IMG/VR virus record: IMGVR_UViG_3300042521_003909
Coordinates: 19,923 to 83,922 of that record
Strand: one strand, 5' to 3'
Length of the DNA stretch: 64,000 nucleotides
Source: a virus
Lineage: Duplodnaviria > Caudoviricetes
Both the position numbers and the translations under genes were made by a program. The notes under the pieces are model-generated. The model was given only the letters and a program-made list of their open reading frames with translations. It had not been told where the DNA came from and made no database searches. This document shows positions 46,647 to 56,607 of the stretch, one piece after another. Position 1 is the first letter of the stretch, and every line of letters starts with the position of its first letter.

Positions 46647-47063
46647 ATGAGCCACCCCTTCTATCACGCCAAGAGTTCTGCTCGCAAGTTCGGAGGTCAG
46701 CCCGAGGACTACATCGCCCTCCATGAGTGGTTCGATCAGACGAAGGCTCATCTTCCCGATGCTCGTCACCGTGCAGTTCTCCACTCGTCTTTCGGCATCT
46801 ATCTCGCGCAGCAAGTGTTTGGCGAGGTGATCCTCCGCAAGTCCGATGGAAAGCCTGTGCCGACCCGTATGCTTGGTGAGCAGCACATTCTTGAGGACAT
46901 GGGTATGATCCCCACGCTTCAGGATTGGCTGAAGGAACTTCCCCTCCGGTCTTGGATGGTCAAGGGGGCAAAGGCTTTGAGCAAGGAGTTAGAGTCAGAT
47001 CAGACCCCTTGCGAACCCGCTAACAGTTCAGTTATTGGACAAGAAGTTTCTGCGGAAACTTGA
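46647..47063 (+). CDS. Conserved hypothetical protein (DUF6915-like; leaderless)
   Basis: HPFYHAKSSARKFGG.PEDY..HEWFD..RHRAVLHSSFGI..EQHILED. Confidence 0.75.
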   Translation: MSHPFYHAKSSARKFGGQPEDYIALHEWFDQTKAHLPDARHRAVLHSSFGIYLAQQVFGEVILRKSDGKPVPTRMLGEQHILEDMGMIPTLQDWLKELPLRSWMVKGAKALSKELESDQTPCEPANSSVIGQEVSAET

Positions 47064-47120
47064 CTGAAAAGTTGATATCCCGTATCGAATGAGTTTCGCA
47101 AGGGATATCAATAAGATAAC

Positions 47121-47193
47121 GAGACTGTAGCTCAGTTGGTAGAGCAATCGGCTTTTAACCGATTGGTCATGGGTTCAAGTCCCATCAGTCTCA
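47121..47193 (+). tRNA. tRNA-Lys(TTT)
   Basis: GAGACTG..CAGTCTC; ATCGG-CTTTTAA-CCGAT. Confidence 0.93.
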
Positions 47194-47198
47194 TTCAA

Positions 47199-47447
47199 AT
47201 GAAAAAGTATTATACCAAATCGTTCATAGTAGCGGATGGTATGCTCTTTCTAGGTAAAAAAGACAAGATTGTTCAGATAAACCAAAAGGGGGAGAACGAA
47301 AGACATGTTCCCCTCAATGAGCAAGACAAGTTGGCTGAACTAGTTGCACAATACCCAAGCGTCTACTTTCTGCTTACAAAGACTCTGCAAGATAACAAGC
47401 AGATAAAGTCATCTTACCTGATGGGAAAGTTGAGTCGCAGCGAGTAG
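47199..47447 (+). CDS. Hypothetical protein
   Basis: AT-rich ORF after the tRNA; start uncertain. Confidence 0.35.
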   Translation: MKKYYTKSFIVADGMLFLGKKDKIVQINQKGENERHVPLNEQDKLAELVAQYPSVYFLLTKTLQDNKQIKSSYLMGKLSRSE

Positions 47448-47481
47448 TCTCTTTTTCCCCCACCGAGAGCGAGTTTCCGTC

Positions 47482-48189
47482 ATGGCAAAGAAGAACAACA
47501 AGACCAAGACCAATACCGCACCCGTCACGAACTTTGATTGGGCGGCTCACTTCAAGAAGGCACAGACTCGCAAGACGATTGCCAATCTTGTTCAGTCTTG
47601 CATTGAAGATGTGACCATTGATCCGAAGGTTGGTGACGAAGTGTTTGTCACGCAAATCCTCTCGTCTTGCCCGGATGCTTACAAGTTCCTGCCCGAAGGA
47701 CTTGTCCCTGATGCGGAGCGCCGCAAGGTGATCTCTACGCTGAACAAGTTGGCGAAGCCGGAAACCGAAGGCAGTTGGTATCGTCGTGACAATCGCACAG
47801 TCCCGGTTGCTGTTCTTGCCCTGATGTCTATTGGAGTTGAGTCCATCGACTTCCAATACAGCGGCGGTTGGGACGAGACTTCCTATGACGAGCGGGCTCC
47901 CCGTATTGAGTTCCACGATGGCGCTCTCTCCAAGTCGGATCAGAAGCGACTTGACAACAAGAAGTGGACAGAATCAGAAGCATTCTGCGTTGAAATCTTT
48001 GATTGGGTAAAGGAAGAAACGGGAGTCGAACCCCAAGACATCCTGTACGCATTCCTTGATGATTCCGGCGCAGGAGATGGGAATACTTATTCCCAAAACA
48101 TGAAACTTGACCTTGCAAAGTGGTCGATCAATCTTCACGATTACGAGGAAAATGAGAACGATTACGATGATGATGAGGAGGAGGCTTGA
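47482..48189 (+). CDS. Acidic hypothetical protein (leaderless)
   Basis: ATG 30 nt after 47452; YSGGWDE motif; acidic tail. Confidence 0.7.
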   Translation: MAKKNNKTKTNTAPVTNFDWAAHFKKAQTRKTIANLVQSCIEDVTIDPKVGDEVFVTQILSSCPDAYKFLPEGLVPDAERRKVISTLNKLAKPETEGSWYRRDNRTVPVAVLALMSIGVESIDFQYSGGWDETSYDERAPRIEFHDGALSKSDQKRLDNKKWTESEAFCVEIFDWVKEETGVEPQDILYAFLDDSGAGDGNTYSQNMKLDLAKWSINLHDYEENENDYDDDEEEA

Positions 48190-48226
48190 TCTTCTCTTTT
48201 TCCCCCGCCTCTCTTGAGGTTGTAGC

Positions 48227-48556
48227 ATGAAAGAACCAGCGACCATCCAAAAGTCTCTTGATTTCGCAAAGGAATCTTTCATGGAGTGGCATTCACTTGC
48301 CACCGGAGAGTTCCCCGATCAGAGAGAGCGTGAAGCAAAGGCTGTTGCTGCAATCATGGCTCTTTCTGATGTCATCAGCAGGGCTTCCATGAAGTCTTTT
48401 GGCGACCTCCTGACTGCTCAAGAACTCAAGGCTGTGCATCATTCAATGATGATGATTCGCACCAAAGAGTCAGACGATGTGTTCAAGAAGTCGCTTCATC
48501 ATGCAGTTCAGCGCTTGCTTGACAACTTCACCCAATCTTTGACAGACGAGAAATAA
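48227..48556 (+). CDS. Hypothetical protein (leaderless)
   Basis: ATG 30 nt after 48197. Confidence 0.65.
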   Translation: MKEPATIQKSLDFAKESFMEWHSLATGEFPDQREREAKAVAAIMALSDVISRASMKSFGDLLTAQELKAVHHSMMMIRTKESDDVFKKSLHHAVQRLLDNFTQSLTDEK

Positions 48557-48557
48557 C

Positions 48558-48845
48558 ATGCCACGATTTGAAAAGGTCGGATACATCGGTGTTGATAGCG
48601 GTCAGATCATGCTGATTGACCCGTGCTATATCAGGAAGGACTTTGAGAGCGAGTTCAAGGACAAGCCTGATCTCAACTACGCAGGTGCTTGCGAAGTTAC
48701 CCTGTCGAAGGATGGCTGTGGCAACTTTGGTGGGATTGAGATGGCTTTTGCAACGCGCACCGCTTACGGAGATGGGCGATATCCCGTGTATGTGAAGCGT
48801 TGCCCTGAAGGTCGCATTCTTGAAGTGAAGGTCAAGTTCGCGTGA
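48558..48845 (+). CDS. DUF4241-like protein
   Basis: IGVDSGQIMLIDPCY..TAYGDGRYPVY. Confidence 0.7.
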   Translation: MPRFEKVGYIGVDSGQIMLIDPCYIRKDFESEFKDKPDLNYAGACEVTLSKDGCGNFGGIEMAFATRTAYGDGRYPVYVKRCPEGRILEVKVKFA

Positions 48846-49147
48846 CTCCTGAGATTGATCGGATTGCTGTAATCAGCACAGGTCATATGACCATTGAGGA
48901 TAATGCGTTGTTTACGCAGCGCAATATCACCTATCCGATTACCGCTTTCAACTACGAGGGAGGAGTCATTCTCCCCCTTCTGCAAAGCGAAGTCTTGACT
49001 GCAAGGCAGCGTACTGAAGTGCTTGATTGGGGATTCAGTATGAGCGTCATTGAGATCATTATGTGGGCGCATCAAAACCGCTTTGCGGGAGTTCGCCTTG
49101 ATCGTGATGGTCCGCTTGTTTCTGAACTTCACATTCACGATTGGTAA
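48842..49147 (+). CDS. Hypothetical protein
   Basis: GTGA overlap; ISTGHMT..LDRDGP..L..HDW. Confidence 0.6.
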   Translation: MTPEIDRIAVISTGHMTIEDNALFTQRNITYPITAFNYEGGVILPLLQSEVLTARQRTEVLDWGFSMSVIEIIMWAHQNRFAGVRLDRDGPLVSELHIHDW

Positions 49148-49179
49148 TCTTTTTCCCCCGCACCGCAGAGGCTTTGAGC

Positions 49180-49449
49180 ATGTCGAAGCGTCAGGACGCA
49201 AAGAAGCGGGCTTGGAATGAACTGTACGGTCAGTTAGCGGAGTCTGAAGCCACATTGGAATGTGAAGAATGTGGAACTATGCTGATCGGAGATGGTCCGA
49301 CTTATCAGATCAAGTGCCTTGACTGCTTTCTAAAGCAAGACCCTCTTGAAGAACTTATAGAGATTGCGGAGGAGCAAGATGGACAGCGAAAAGATTCTCA
49401 ACAAGATCGCAAGTGCTCATCTCAAGGAACCAATCGAAAGGCATCTTGA
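49180..49449 (+). CDS. Zn-ribbon protein with DPLEELIEIA motif (leaderless)
   Basis: ATG 30 nt after 49150; CEEC..CLDC. Confidence 0.65.
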   Translation: MSKRQDAKKRAWNELYGQLAESEATLECEECGTMLIGDGPTYQIKCLDCFLKQDPLEELIEIAEEQDGQRKDSQQDRKCSSQGTNRKAS

Positions 49450-49672
49450 TTGGCTCATTGGTGGAGGAAAGTATGAACTCACCGTCACTTGGATTGAGGC
49501 AGTCGAAGTAGTGCGCGATGCTTCTGTGCAGTTGGCTACAGAGCATGGAGTGCCGCTTGGTGATGAAAATGGAATGAGCAGCATCATTGAGTCTGCGATT
49601 GAAACTGTGATTAACGATATCGCAAGTATGCGTCACGATTCGATGGACAGTAGGTACTACAGCGATGAATAA
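49379..49672 (+). CDS. Hypothetical protein
   Basis: GGAGG RBS. Confidence 0.55.
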   Translation: MDSEKILNKIASAHLKEPIERHLDWLIGGGKYELTVTWIEAVEVVRDASVQLATEHGVPLGDENGMSSIIESAIETVINDIASMRHDSMDSRYYSDE

Positions 49673-49862
49673 CGAAGTTCGCAATAGACTGAAGCACCTG
49701 ATCGAATCCGAAAAAAACGAGGAGATCAAGGAACTTGCTGCAATGCTGTTCTTTTCTCTTACATACACCGATTATGTCCATTCGGTTGATCCCGAAATGC
49801 ACAAGCGTGCAACTACATTCGCAGCAGAGACTCACGGGCTGACCGGCGTAGACTTCACCTGA
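49665..49862 (+). CDS. Hypothetical protein
   Basis: Overlap-coupled ORF. Confidence 0.5.
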   Translation: MNNEVRNRLKHLIESEKNEEIKELAAMLFFSLTYTDYVHSVDPEMHKRATTFAAETHGLTGVDFT

Positions 49863-49895
49863 TGCTTTTTCCCCCTTGCAGGGGGAGGTTGTGGC

Positions 49896-50423
49896 ATGGG
49901 ATACGGATACCACAACACAGAGCACAAGAAGGCTCGTGCCAAGGCGAGTCGTATCTTGAGGAAGAAGTTGCCCGCAGGCTGGCGACTCAGGCTATCTATC
50001 AAGCGTACTCGTCATCCAAAGCACATTTTCCGCAAAGGCTTCAAGCCATATACGGAAATGAGATACGACTACCATTGGGCAACTGCAACAAAGTACCTTG
50101 GTCCAACAAAAGACCACAAGGGATACCCCTACCTCAAGTTGTTTCTTCATCCTGATGGCAGTCGTGTATGGAGTCTTTCCAACTGGGCTGACCCAAACAC
50201 CGCACCGTATGTCAGCACTCAACTAGCACTGCTTTCAGCCACCGAAATGGAGAGAGCGTTTGAATGCCTTGAAGCACTCTACGACATGTGCGACATTCGT
50301 GATGACATGAAGTTGCTCATCGGAATCAGCAAGGCAAAGAGTCTGCCTGACTGGGTAGGTTCTTTTTCCCCCGCCAAGGAAACTCTTGAGGCATGGACGA
50401 CACCCTCATCATCTCCGTGCTGA
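49896..50423 (+). CDS. Hypothetical protein (leaderless); distantly similar to 54440..54919
   Basis: ATG 30 nt after 49866; A.R.....LP.GW shared. Confidence 0.65.
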   Translation: MGYGYHNTEHKKARAKASRILRKKLPAGWRLRLSIKRTRHPKHIFRKGFKPYTEMRYDYHWATATKYLGPTKDHKGYPYLKLFLHPDGSRVWSLSNWADPNTAPYVSTQLALLSATEMERAFECLEALYDMCDIRDDMKLLIGISKAKSLPDWVGSFSPAKETLEAWTTPSSSPC

Positions 50424-51076
50424 CCGCCAACGGAAGCAACTTTGCACAGTCGCTTCTGTCCTCCTACAACAAGTGGGGCAAGTGGACCCCGAAGCAGCGT
50501 GCTTGTGCTGAGCAGATGGTTCGTGACTCTCAGGCACCGAAGCAGGCACCGCAGGTCGGTCCATTCAAGGGGATTGTTGACCTGTTTACTCGCCCCCTGT
50601 CTCTTGGCTTGAAGCGACCGGGACTTCACTTCATTCTTGATGGCAATAAGTTGACCATCACCTGCGCTCCTGCAAAGCGTGGTGCTGATCCTCACCCGAA
50701 CGCAGGATGCCTGTATGTGAAGCATGGTGGTGCGTACAGCGGTAAGATCACTCCGGGTGGAGTGTTTGCGGGTCGCCATCTCGCGCCTTCCGTGTCTGAG
50801 TTCCTTGAGGTGTTCGCAAAGGACCCTCTGAAGGTCGGCTCTGAGTATGGACGCAAGAGCGGTTGCTGCTGCTTCTGCGGTCTGACTCTGACCGATGGTC
50901 GCTCCATCTCTAAGGGCTACGGTCCAATCTGCGCCCGTCATTGGGAACTGCCGTGGGGCGATGTCTCTGAGGACAACCTCAAGAAGTCTGAGCAGTCGGA
51001 TGTTCACCCGGACATCCCGATCATTCAACTGACTCAGGCTGCTAAGGCTTCATCCGCAGATCAGCAGCCAAGTTAA
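50393..51076 (+). CDS. DUF6011-like Zn-finger protein (leaderless)
   Basis: CCFCGLTLTD..SISKGYGPICA; IPIIQLTQAAK tail. Confidence 0.75.
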   Translation: MDDTLIISVLTANGSNFAQSLLSSYNKWGKWTPKQRACAEQMVRDSQAPKQAPQVGPFKGIVDLFTRPLSLGLKRPGLHFILDGNKLTITCAPAKRGADPHPNAGCLYVKHGGAYSGKITPGGVFAGRHLAPSVSEFLEVFAKDPLKVGSEYGRKSGCCCFCGLTLTDGRSISKGYGPICARHWELPWGDVSEDNLKKSEQSDVHPDIPIIQLTQAAKASSADQQPS

Positions 51077-51223
51077 AGAAATCGAAACAATCCATCTTGA
51101 CAGTTTGACGAGAGGGGCTAGACTAGCCAGTTGCCCTTTTTCCCCCTCCCCCGGCGGGTTTAGGGCAGACGGCTTGAACGGCAAGCCTGATTCCAAAGTC
51201 CACTACTAGAAAGCAGGACTGAT

Positions 51224-52243
51224 ATGGCACACAACATTGTGACGCATGGTGCGCTGAAGGATCGTGTCCTCATCGAGGGCGACAAGGGTTGGCACGGGCT
51301 GGGCGAGGATCGCAAGACGATCAGCGCGACCGATGTGCGCGAGGCGTTCCCGTGGGATTGGCAGATGGAGGACATTCTCCTCGCCAATGGCAACGCTGTC
51401 AGCGGCTTCAAGGCTGTGACGAGCGAGGGCAACGCTGTCGGCGTGGTTGGCGACAACTACACGATGATCGGCATTGATGATGTTCTCTCGCTTGCGGAGG
51501 AGATCGTCCTTCAGCACGGCACGGGTCGCATCGTGTCGGCGGGTACGCTTCACGGGCGGCAGGACTTCTTCATCGACCTTGAGTTGGGCAAGGAGTTCCG
51601 TCATGGCGATGATGTGAACAAGCCCTTCATCGGACTGTCCAACAACGCTGTCGGCGGTCGCCACTTCATCGGTGGAGCGCATATGCACCGCATCGTGTGT
51701 GCAAACACGCTCAACCTGATGATCGGTGAGGCAAAGACTTCTCCCCGTTGCCTCAAGGTGCGGCACACGAAGTCGGCGTTCAGCCGCCTGTCGGAAGCGA
51801 AGCGCATTCTTGGCGTTGCTTGTGCGGCGTTCGACAAGGCGGACGAGGAGATGCAGGCGATGATCGCCAAGTCTCTGACCGATGCCGAGGTTGAGGCGTA
51901 CTACAACACCGTCATGCCTCTCGCTCCCGTGCCGGGACTCTCTCCCGGTGAGAATGCGGAGCAGTACGATGCGAAGGTTGAGAAGATCGAACGCGCCAAT
52001 CGCAAGACGGAGCGCATCCGTGACATTTGGCGCGACACGCTCAACATGGAGCGTCAGATCCTCAAGTCGCAGTCGCCCAATCTGTGGCTCGCTCTCAACA
52101 GCGTGACCAAGTGGGCGCAGCACGAGCGTACCGTTCGTGGCGAATCGGATGATCCGATGATGCGCCTGTGGTCTAATCGCTTCTCTGACGGTTTCGACCG
52201 GACGAACGAGGCGCATGACCTTGCGATGGCGATGCTCAAGTAA
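51224..52243 (+). CDS. DUF932-family phage/plasmid protein
   Basis: MAHN..WHGLG..VVGDNY..SAGTLHG..RIVCANTL..RHT..LWLALNSVT. Confidence 0.85.
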   Translation: MAHNIVTHGALKDRVLIEGDKGWHGLGEDRKTISATDVREAFPWDWQMEDILLANGNAVSGFKAVTSEGNAVGVVGDNYTMIGIDDVLSLAEEIVLQHGTGRIVSAGTLHGRQDFFIDLELGKEFRHGDDVNKPFIGLSNNAVGGRHFIGGAHMHRIVCANTLNLMIGEAKTSPRCLKVRHTKSAFSRLSEAKRILGVACAAFDKADEEMQAMIAKSLTDAEVEAYYNTVMPLAPVPGLSPGENAEQYDAKVEKIERANRKTERIRDIWRDTLNMERQILKSQSPNLWLALNSVTKWAQHERTVRGESDDPMMRLWSNRFSDGFDRTNEAHDLAMAMLK

Positions 52244-52308
52244 GGGAATCGGGGAGGGGCGCAAGCCCCTCCCTGCCCTTTTTCCCCCTGCCACCGGAGA
52301 CTTGAATC

Positions 52309-52491
52309 ATGGACAAACTTCTCAAGGAAATCAACCTGAACGAATCGGAACTGATTGCTGCTCTTGAGGCGGCTCGTATCGCTCTCTCCGATGAAGATGT
52401 GTTCACGAAGTTGTCGGAAAACTTGGATATGTCGGGAGAAGCCTTGAGCGATTTGCTCAAGAAGATTGAGCGTTTCATGGGGATGGAATGA
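52309..52491 (+). CDS. Hypothetical protein (leaderless)
   Basis: ATG 30 nt after 52279. Confidence 0.65.
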   Translation: MDKLLKEINLNESELIAALEAARIALSDEDVFTKLSENLDMSGEALSDLLKKIERFMGME

Positions 52492-52611
52492 GAAGCCTTT
52501 ACTCCAAGTCCACCAAGACGAGGCGGGTAAGCGACCTTTTTCCCCCGTCAAAGACGGCTTTTCTGACGACGACGAGTCCTGCTTTTTCAATCACAACCGG
52601 AGGCAAGAAGA

Positions 52612-53004
52612 ATGAAGTACGAATGCGTCGCTCATCTGGGAAGCGGAGAGGGTGAGGGAAACCACTCTTTTTCGTTTGAGTTCGACACCGCTGAGGAGTG
52701 TCTGGACGAAGTGTTCTTCTTGATGAACAGCCAAGACACCACTCCGCTCCAAGCCCGCTCTATGTCGGTGGGCGATGCGGTAAGTGTTTGCCCAAAGCGT
52801 AATGGCGGACTTCCTCCAGTTACTCGCTACTTCATCTGCCTTTCAGTTGGCTGGTGCGAGGTAAGTGAGGACGCATTCAATGATTGGATGCGATACGAAT
52901 GGACGCAACGCCTGACGCATCCGCTTTCGGGCGCACAAGATCCGCTTCTTGCACTGCTCCATGTGCAGAAGATGAAGGAAGGGTTCCTGCGGGAACGGGT
53001 TTAG
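52612..53004 (+). CDS. Hypothetical protein with RSMSVGD motif and DPLLALL tail
   Basis: GGAGG RBS; RSMSVGD..Y.C..VGW (YodL-like pattern). Confidence 0.65.
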   Translation: MKYECVAHLGSGEGEGNHSFSFEFDTAEECLDEVFFLMNSQDTTPLQARSMSVGDAVSVCPKRNGGLPPVTRYFICLSVGWCEVSEDAFNDWMRYEWTQRLTHPLSGAQDPLLALLHVQKMKEGFLRERV

Positions 53005-53044
53005 GCAGTTCCTCTTTTTCCCCCTTGCGGGACAAGGTTGAGGC

Positions 53045-53542
53045 ATGGCTACACGCAGCACAATCGGAATGGTTCGTCTTACAGACGGCAAGATCAACGC
53101 GATCTATTGCCATTGGGACGGATATCCCTCCAACAACGGTCTTTGCCTGTACCGGAACTACAATAGCCACGATGGGGCTTGGTCGCTCATGTTGCTTGGC
53201 GACCTATCATCTCTCCGCAGCAAGATCGGAGAGAAGCATGATCTGTTTGATCTTGGCGGTGTTGAGAATCGTGGCGTAACGAATGATTGGTGCGATGCTT
53301 ACGGGCGTGATCGTGGCGATGATGGTTGCGAGATGAAAACCTTTGACAACATTCGGGAGTTCAAGAAGTGGTCGAAGGGTGTTGGTGCTGACTATCTGTA
53401 CCTGTTCAAGAATGACGATCAATGGTGGGTGAATAGCCCTTACGAGTCCACCGGATTCAAGAAACTTGAGAAGGTTCTTGTTGCAGAGGGGGTCATTGAT
53501 CCGATTGAGGAACTGATCGAAGTGGCGAAGAAGTCGCAGTAG
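53045..53542 (+). CDS. Conserved phage protein (leaderless) with DPIEELIEVAK tail
   Basis: MATRSTIG..IYCHWDGYP..GDLSSL..AYGRDRG..YLYLF. Confidence 0.8.
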   Translation: MATRSTIGMVRLTDGKINAIYCHWDGYPSNNGLCLYRNYNSHDGAWSLMLLGDLSSLRSKIGEKHDLFDLGGVENRGVTNDWCDAYGRDRGDDGCEMKTFDNIREFKKWSKGVGADYLYLFKNDDQWWVNSPYESTGFKKLEKVLVAEGVIDPIEELIEVAKKSQ

Positions 53543-53675
53543 GCAACTGCCTCTTTTTCCCCTCACCGGAATGGCTTGGAACACATGGGTGCGGCAGGAG
53601 TTCTCTGACGAGGCGAGTTGGCGTGTTGCTGACTTGTGCACACCTGACCGCACCCTCCAAACAAAGGAAACAACA

Positions 53676-54053
53676 ATGGGCGCATGGGGTTACGATGCTT
53701 TCGACAACGATCATGCTCTTGATTGGTCTAGCACGATCATCAATGAAGAAACTTGGGTGAAGATAAAGACCGCACTTGAGGGCAGCAATCACGACGAGAT
53801 TCGCGCTGCCGCAGGACTGACCATCGCACTCCTGTCGGGTTGCAAGGCGATCAGTCCCGTCTACTGCGACATCCGTCAGATTGCATACGATGCGCTAAAG
53901 CGCGTGATGTGGGATGGAAAGTGGCTTGACTCTTGGGATGATCCCGCTCTAGTCCTCACCTCCATTCAGAAGCAGTTGCGTGACCTTGAGGATCTTGACC
54001 CTTCGACTCCGCTGACGGTATCTCTTGACACTTTTGCAAAGGACGCAGAATGA
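53676..54053 (+). CDS. DUF4259-like protein
   Basis: MGAWGYDAFDNDHALDW; AAGGA RBS. Confidence 0.75.
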   Translation: MGAWGYDAFDNDHALDWSSTIINEETWVKIKTALEGSNHDEIRAAAGLTIALLSGCKAISPVYCDIRQIAYDALKRVMWDGKWLDSWDDPALVLTSIQKQLRDLEDLDPSTPLTVSLDTFAKDAE

Positions 54054-54400
54054 ACCTCACTACGAATCAGCGTGCAATGTGCGCCACCATCCTTGTCGGT
54101 TGCGCCAATCTTCGACTCGCTCTTGCCATGACGAACACGCAGAACCCCCGTTGGGTGAAGTCGATTCGTCACCAGTTTGACCTCATCATGGAGTCCCTGA
54201 CCGGATCGACTCCATCCGTTCGTGATGCCGTCAACGCATGGGACGGCGTGAAGGAGAACATCGACAGGGGGCTGCCCAATGATCTTGAAATGGGCGAGGA
54301 TGTGATGTACCTGTTCAGCGCAGTTGACGAGTCTTTCTACGCGCTGCTTGCGATGCTTGATGTCAACATTGAGCCTGACATGACATTCGCCAACGATTGA
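54050..54400 (+). CDS. Hypothetical protein
   Basis: ATGA overlap. Confidence 0.6.
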   Translation: MNLTTNQRAMCATILVGCANLRLALAMTNTQNPRWVKSIRHQFDLIMESLTGSTPSVRDAVNAWDGVKENIDRGLPNDLEMGEDVMYLFSAVDESFYALLAMLDVNIEPDMTFAND

Positions 54401-54439
54401 CCAGCCGCCTTTTTCCCCCTCGCAGGGGGAGGTTGTGGC

Positions 54440-54919
54440 ATGAAGCAACAGACTACCGCCTACCATTGGACTGCCGAGCAGGGTAAGAATGGCCGCTTTG
54501 AGTACGCAAAGCGCAAGACTGCAAGGGCTGTCAAAGGACAACTCCCACCCGGATGGTCTTACAAGATCATGGCTCCGTATATCGGTGGAGGAGCGCATTG
54601 GTCGATCAAGGTCGATTACTTCAATCCAGTCGGGTCTGGAACGCGACAATGGGTGACGCTGCGTTGGTTCCCGTGTGACGAGAATTGGGATACCGTTTCA
54701 ATGTTCACGGTTCATGCCGTGATTCGACCTGACAGGCACACGAATGAAATGTATGTCAATCAGTCGTTTCAAGAATGGACGAAGGACATCGACAAGGTAA
54801 AGAGTGTCGTGCAGCAGATTTTCGATGGATTGATTCCTGATCCCCTGATGCAACTTCATGCACGGGCAAAGAAGGCAGCCAAGCAGTTTTCCCCCACCGA
54901 TCCCGAGGTTGAGCCATGA
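54440..54919 (+). CDS. Hypothetical protein (leaderless) with DPLMQLHARAK tail
   Basis: ATG 30 nt after 54410. Confidence 0.7.
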   Translation: MKQQTTAYHWTAEQGKNGRFEYAKRKTARAVKGQLPPGWSYKIMAPYIGGGAHWSIKVDYFNPVGSGTRQWVTLRWFPCDENWDTVSMFTVHAVIRPDRHTNEMYVNQSFQEWTKDIDKVKSVVQQIFDGLIPDPLMQLHARAKKAAKQFSPTDPEVEP

Positions 54920-55503
54920 CCCACCGCACCCGCCGATTCATCATTGATTGCGAAACGAACAACATCAACTTCGACGCATGGCACAAGGGAGACTTCAGTT
55001 CTCTCCATGTCGTACATTGCCTGTGTGTCATTGATGTTGATACAAACAAGGTGTATCGTTTCAACAACGAGCAAGTGCATGATGGTATCCTTTGGATTTT
55101 CGGGCAGGCAAAGGAAGTGATTGCCCATTATGCCAAGTTTGATGTGCAGGTAATGGAGGCTTACATCGGGGCGAAGTTTCCTGATGGCATCACGATTACC
55201 TGTACGCAGAAGATGGCGAAGGGAATGTTCCCTAACGGATATCGTGAGGACTCTGTTCCTGACAATCTCCGTAAGACGAACAAGTTGGAGGCTTGGGGAC
55301 ACCGCATTGGAGTTCACAAGGGCTTGTTCAACAAGCGTAGCAACGCATTTGATGGGTATTCCAATGACTTGATGGAATACTGCGTTCGTGATTGCACCGT
55401 GACTCTTGCTCTGTATCGCTTTTTGATGCGGCGCAAGCGTTTGGGAGTGTTTGCCCCAATCTTCGACTACTTTGCCCCGATTCGGGAACCGAAACTGGCG
55501 TAA
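54916..55503 (+). CDS. Stand-alone DnaQ-like 3'-5' exonuclease (T7 Pol exonuclease-like; leaderless)
   Basis: IIDCETN (ExoI), HYAKFDV (ExoII), LEAWGHRIG, MEYCVRD (ExoIII). Confidence 0.75.
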   Translation: MTHRTRRFIIDCETNNINFDAWHKGDFSSLHVVHCLCVIDVDTNKVYRFNNEQVHDGILWIFGQAKEVIAHYAKFDVQVMEAYIGAKFPDGITITCTQKMAKGMFPNGYREDSVPDNLRKTNKLEAWGHRIGVHKGLFNKRSNAFDGYSNDLMEYCVRDCTVTLALYRFLMRRKRLGVFAPIFDYFAPIREPKLA

Positions 55504-55561
55504 ACTAGCCAGTCGCCCGTTTTCCCCCACCGCCCACCGCTTTGGAGCAGAAAGGACAACT

Positions 55562-56101
55562 ATGCCAAACTGGTGCATGAATCGTGTTCGTATTCGCGCA
55601 AAGAAGGAAACGCTTGAGGCGATCAAGGCGACCTTGAAGGGCGTTGAGTATTCGCGTCCGTTCAACTTTGAATCAAAGTCGGAGGGTGAACTTGTCGGCA
55701 GCGAGACTTTGTTCTCGTTCCACAACATCGTCCCGCAGCCTGACGAGATTCTTGACCGTGACGATCCTCGTCGCGTGAACAAGTCCATGACGAGCGATCA
55801 ACTCCTTGATGCGCTTGCCAAGAAGGAAGGCGTGATGCCTGACTGGTGGCATTGGCGTGTGAACAACTGGGGTACGAAGTGGAGCGTGGCTGATGTAGAC
55901 TTCGTTGAGAAGAAGGGTTACATCGTCTACGGGTTCGACACGGCATGGTCGCCGCCGGAACCTGTCCTGTGTCGGCTGTCGGAGATGTTCCCCGATGCAA
56001 ACATTCTCCTGTCGTTCTACGAGCCGGGTTGCATTGGTCGTGGATCAGTCACCTACAAGGGTGGTGAGATCGTGAACCAAACAGGGGTTGGTATTGAATA
56101 A
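55562..56101 (+). CDS. DUF1281-like conserved protein
   Basis: MPNWCMN..WRVNNWGTKW..FDTAWSPP..YEPG. Confidence 0.8.
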   Translation: MPNWCMNRVRIRAKKETLEAIKATLKGVEYSRPFNFESKSEGELVGSETLFSFHNIVPQPDEILDRDDPRRVNKSMTSDQLLDALAKKEGVMPDWWHWRVNNWGTKWSVADVDFVEKKGYIVYGFDTAWSPPEPVLCRLSEMFPDANILLSFYEPGCIGRGSVTYKGGEIVNQTGVGIE

Positions 56102-56172
56102 AGACGACGGAAGGGTGGCGGGATGAAACACTCCCGCCGCCCGTTTTCCCCCTTCACCGGAGGCTTTGGAGC

Positions 56173-56604
56173 ATGAACGACACGAACCGAACTGTCAAGG
56201 TCACGATCACGGACATGAAGATCAAGTCTGCTCCTGAGTGGACGCTTGATGTCACCGTTGATGCTGAGGTTGAATGGGTCAAGGGTGGCATCGGCTCCTA
56301 CGAGTTCTGGGGAGCGCAATGCTGCGACAACAGCGCAGGATGGGAGTGGCAGTCTTGGGGCTTTGATCTCATCGTTGCCAAGCGCATCGACGGATCGCAC
56401 ATCCTGATGGTTTCGCAGCCCATTTACTCTGTTGACAATGCTCGTCGTCTGCTTGAGGATTACGGCATCGACCTGTTCTCTTGGCTGAATGAACTGAACA
56501 ATGAGGCAAACAACACCATTGAGGATGCCATCACCAACGAGGTCGCCAAGTTGGATGACAACCCGTGTGCAATGCCTGAACCGCTATTTCCCGAGGAGGA
56601 CTGA
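56173..56604 (+). CDS. Acidic hypothetical protein (leaderless)
   Basis: ATG 30 nt after 56143; GIGSYEFWG. Confidence 0.7.
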   Translation: MNDTNRTVKVTITDMKIKSAPEWTLDVTVDAEVEWVKGGIGSYEFWGAQCCDNSAGWEWQSWGFDLIVAKRIDGSHILMVSQPIYSVDNARRLLEDYGIDLFSWLNELNNEANNTIEDAITNEVAKLDDNPCAMPEPLFPEED

Positions 56605-56607
56605 AAC

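Noticed and set aside
53605-53645. Hammerhead ribozyme (CTGACGA followed by a stem)
   Set aside because: The required GAAA after stem II is absent; kept only as a generic structured leader
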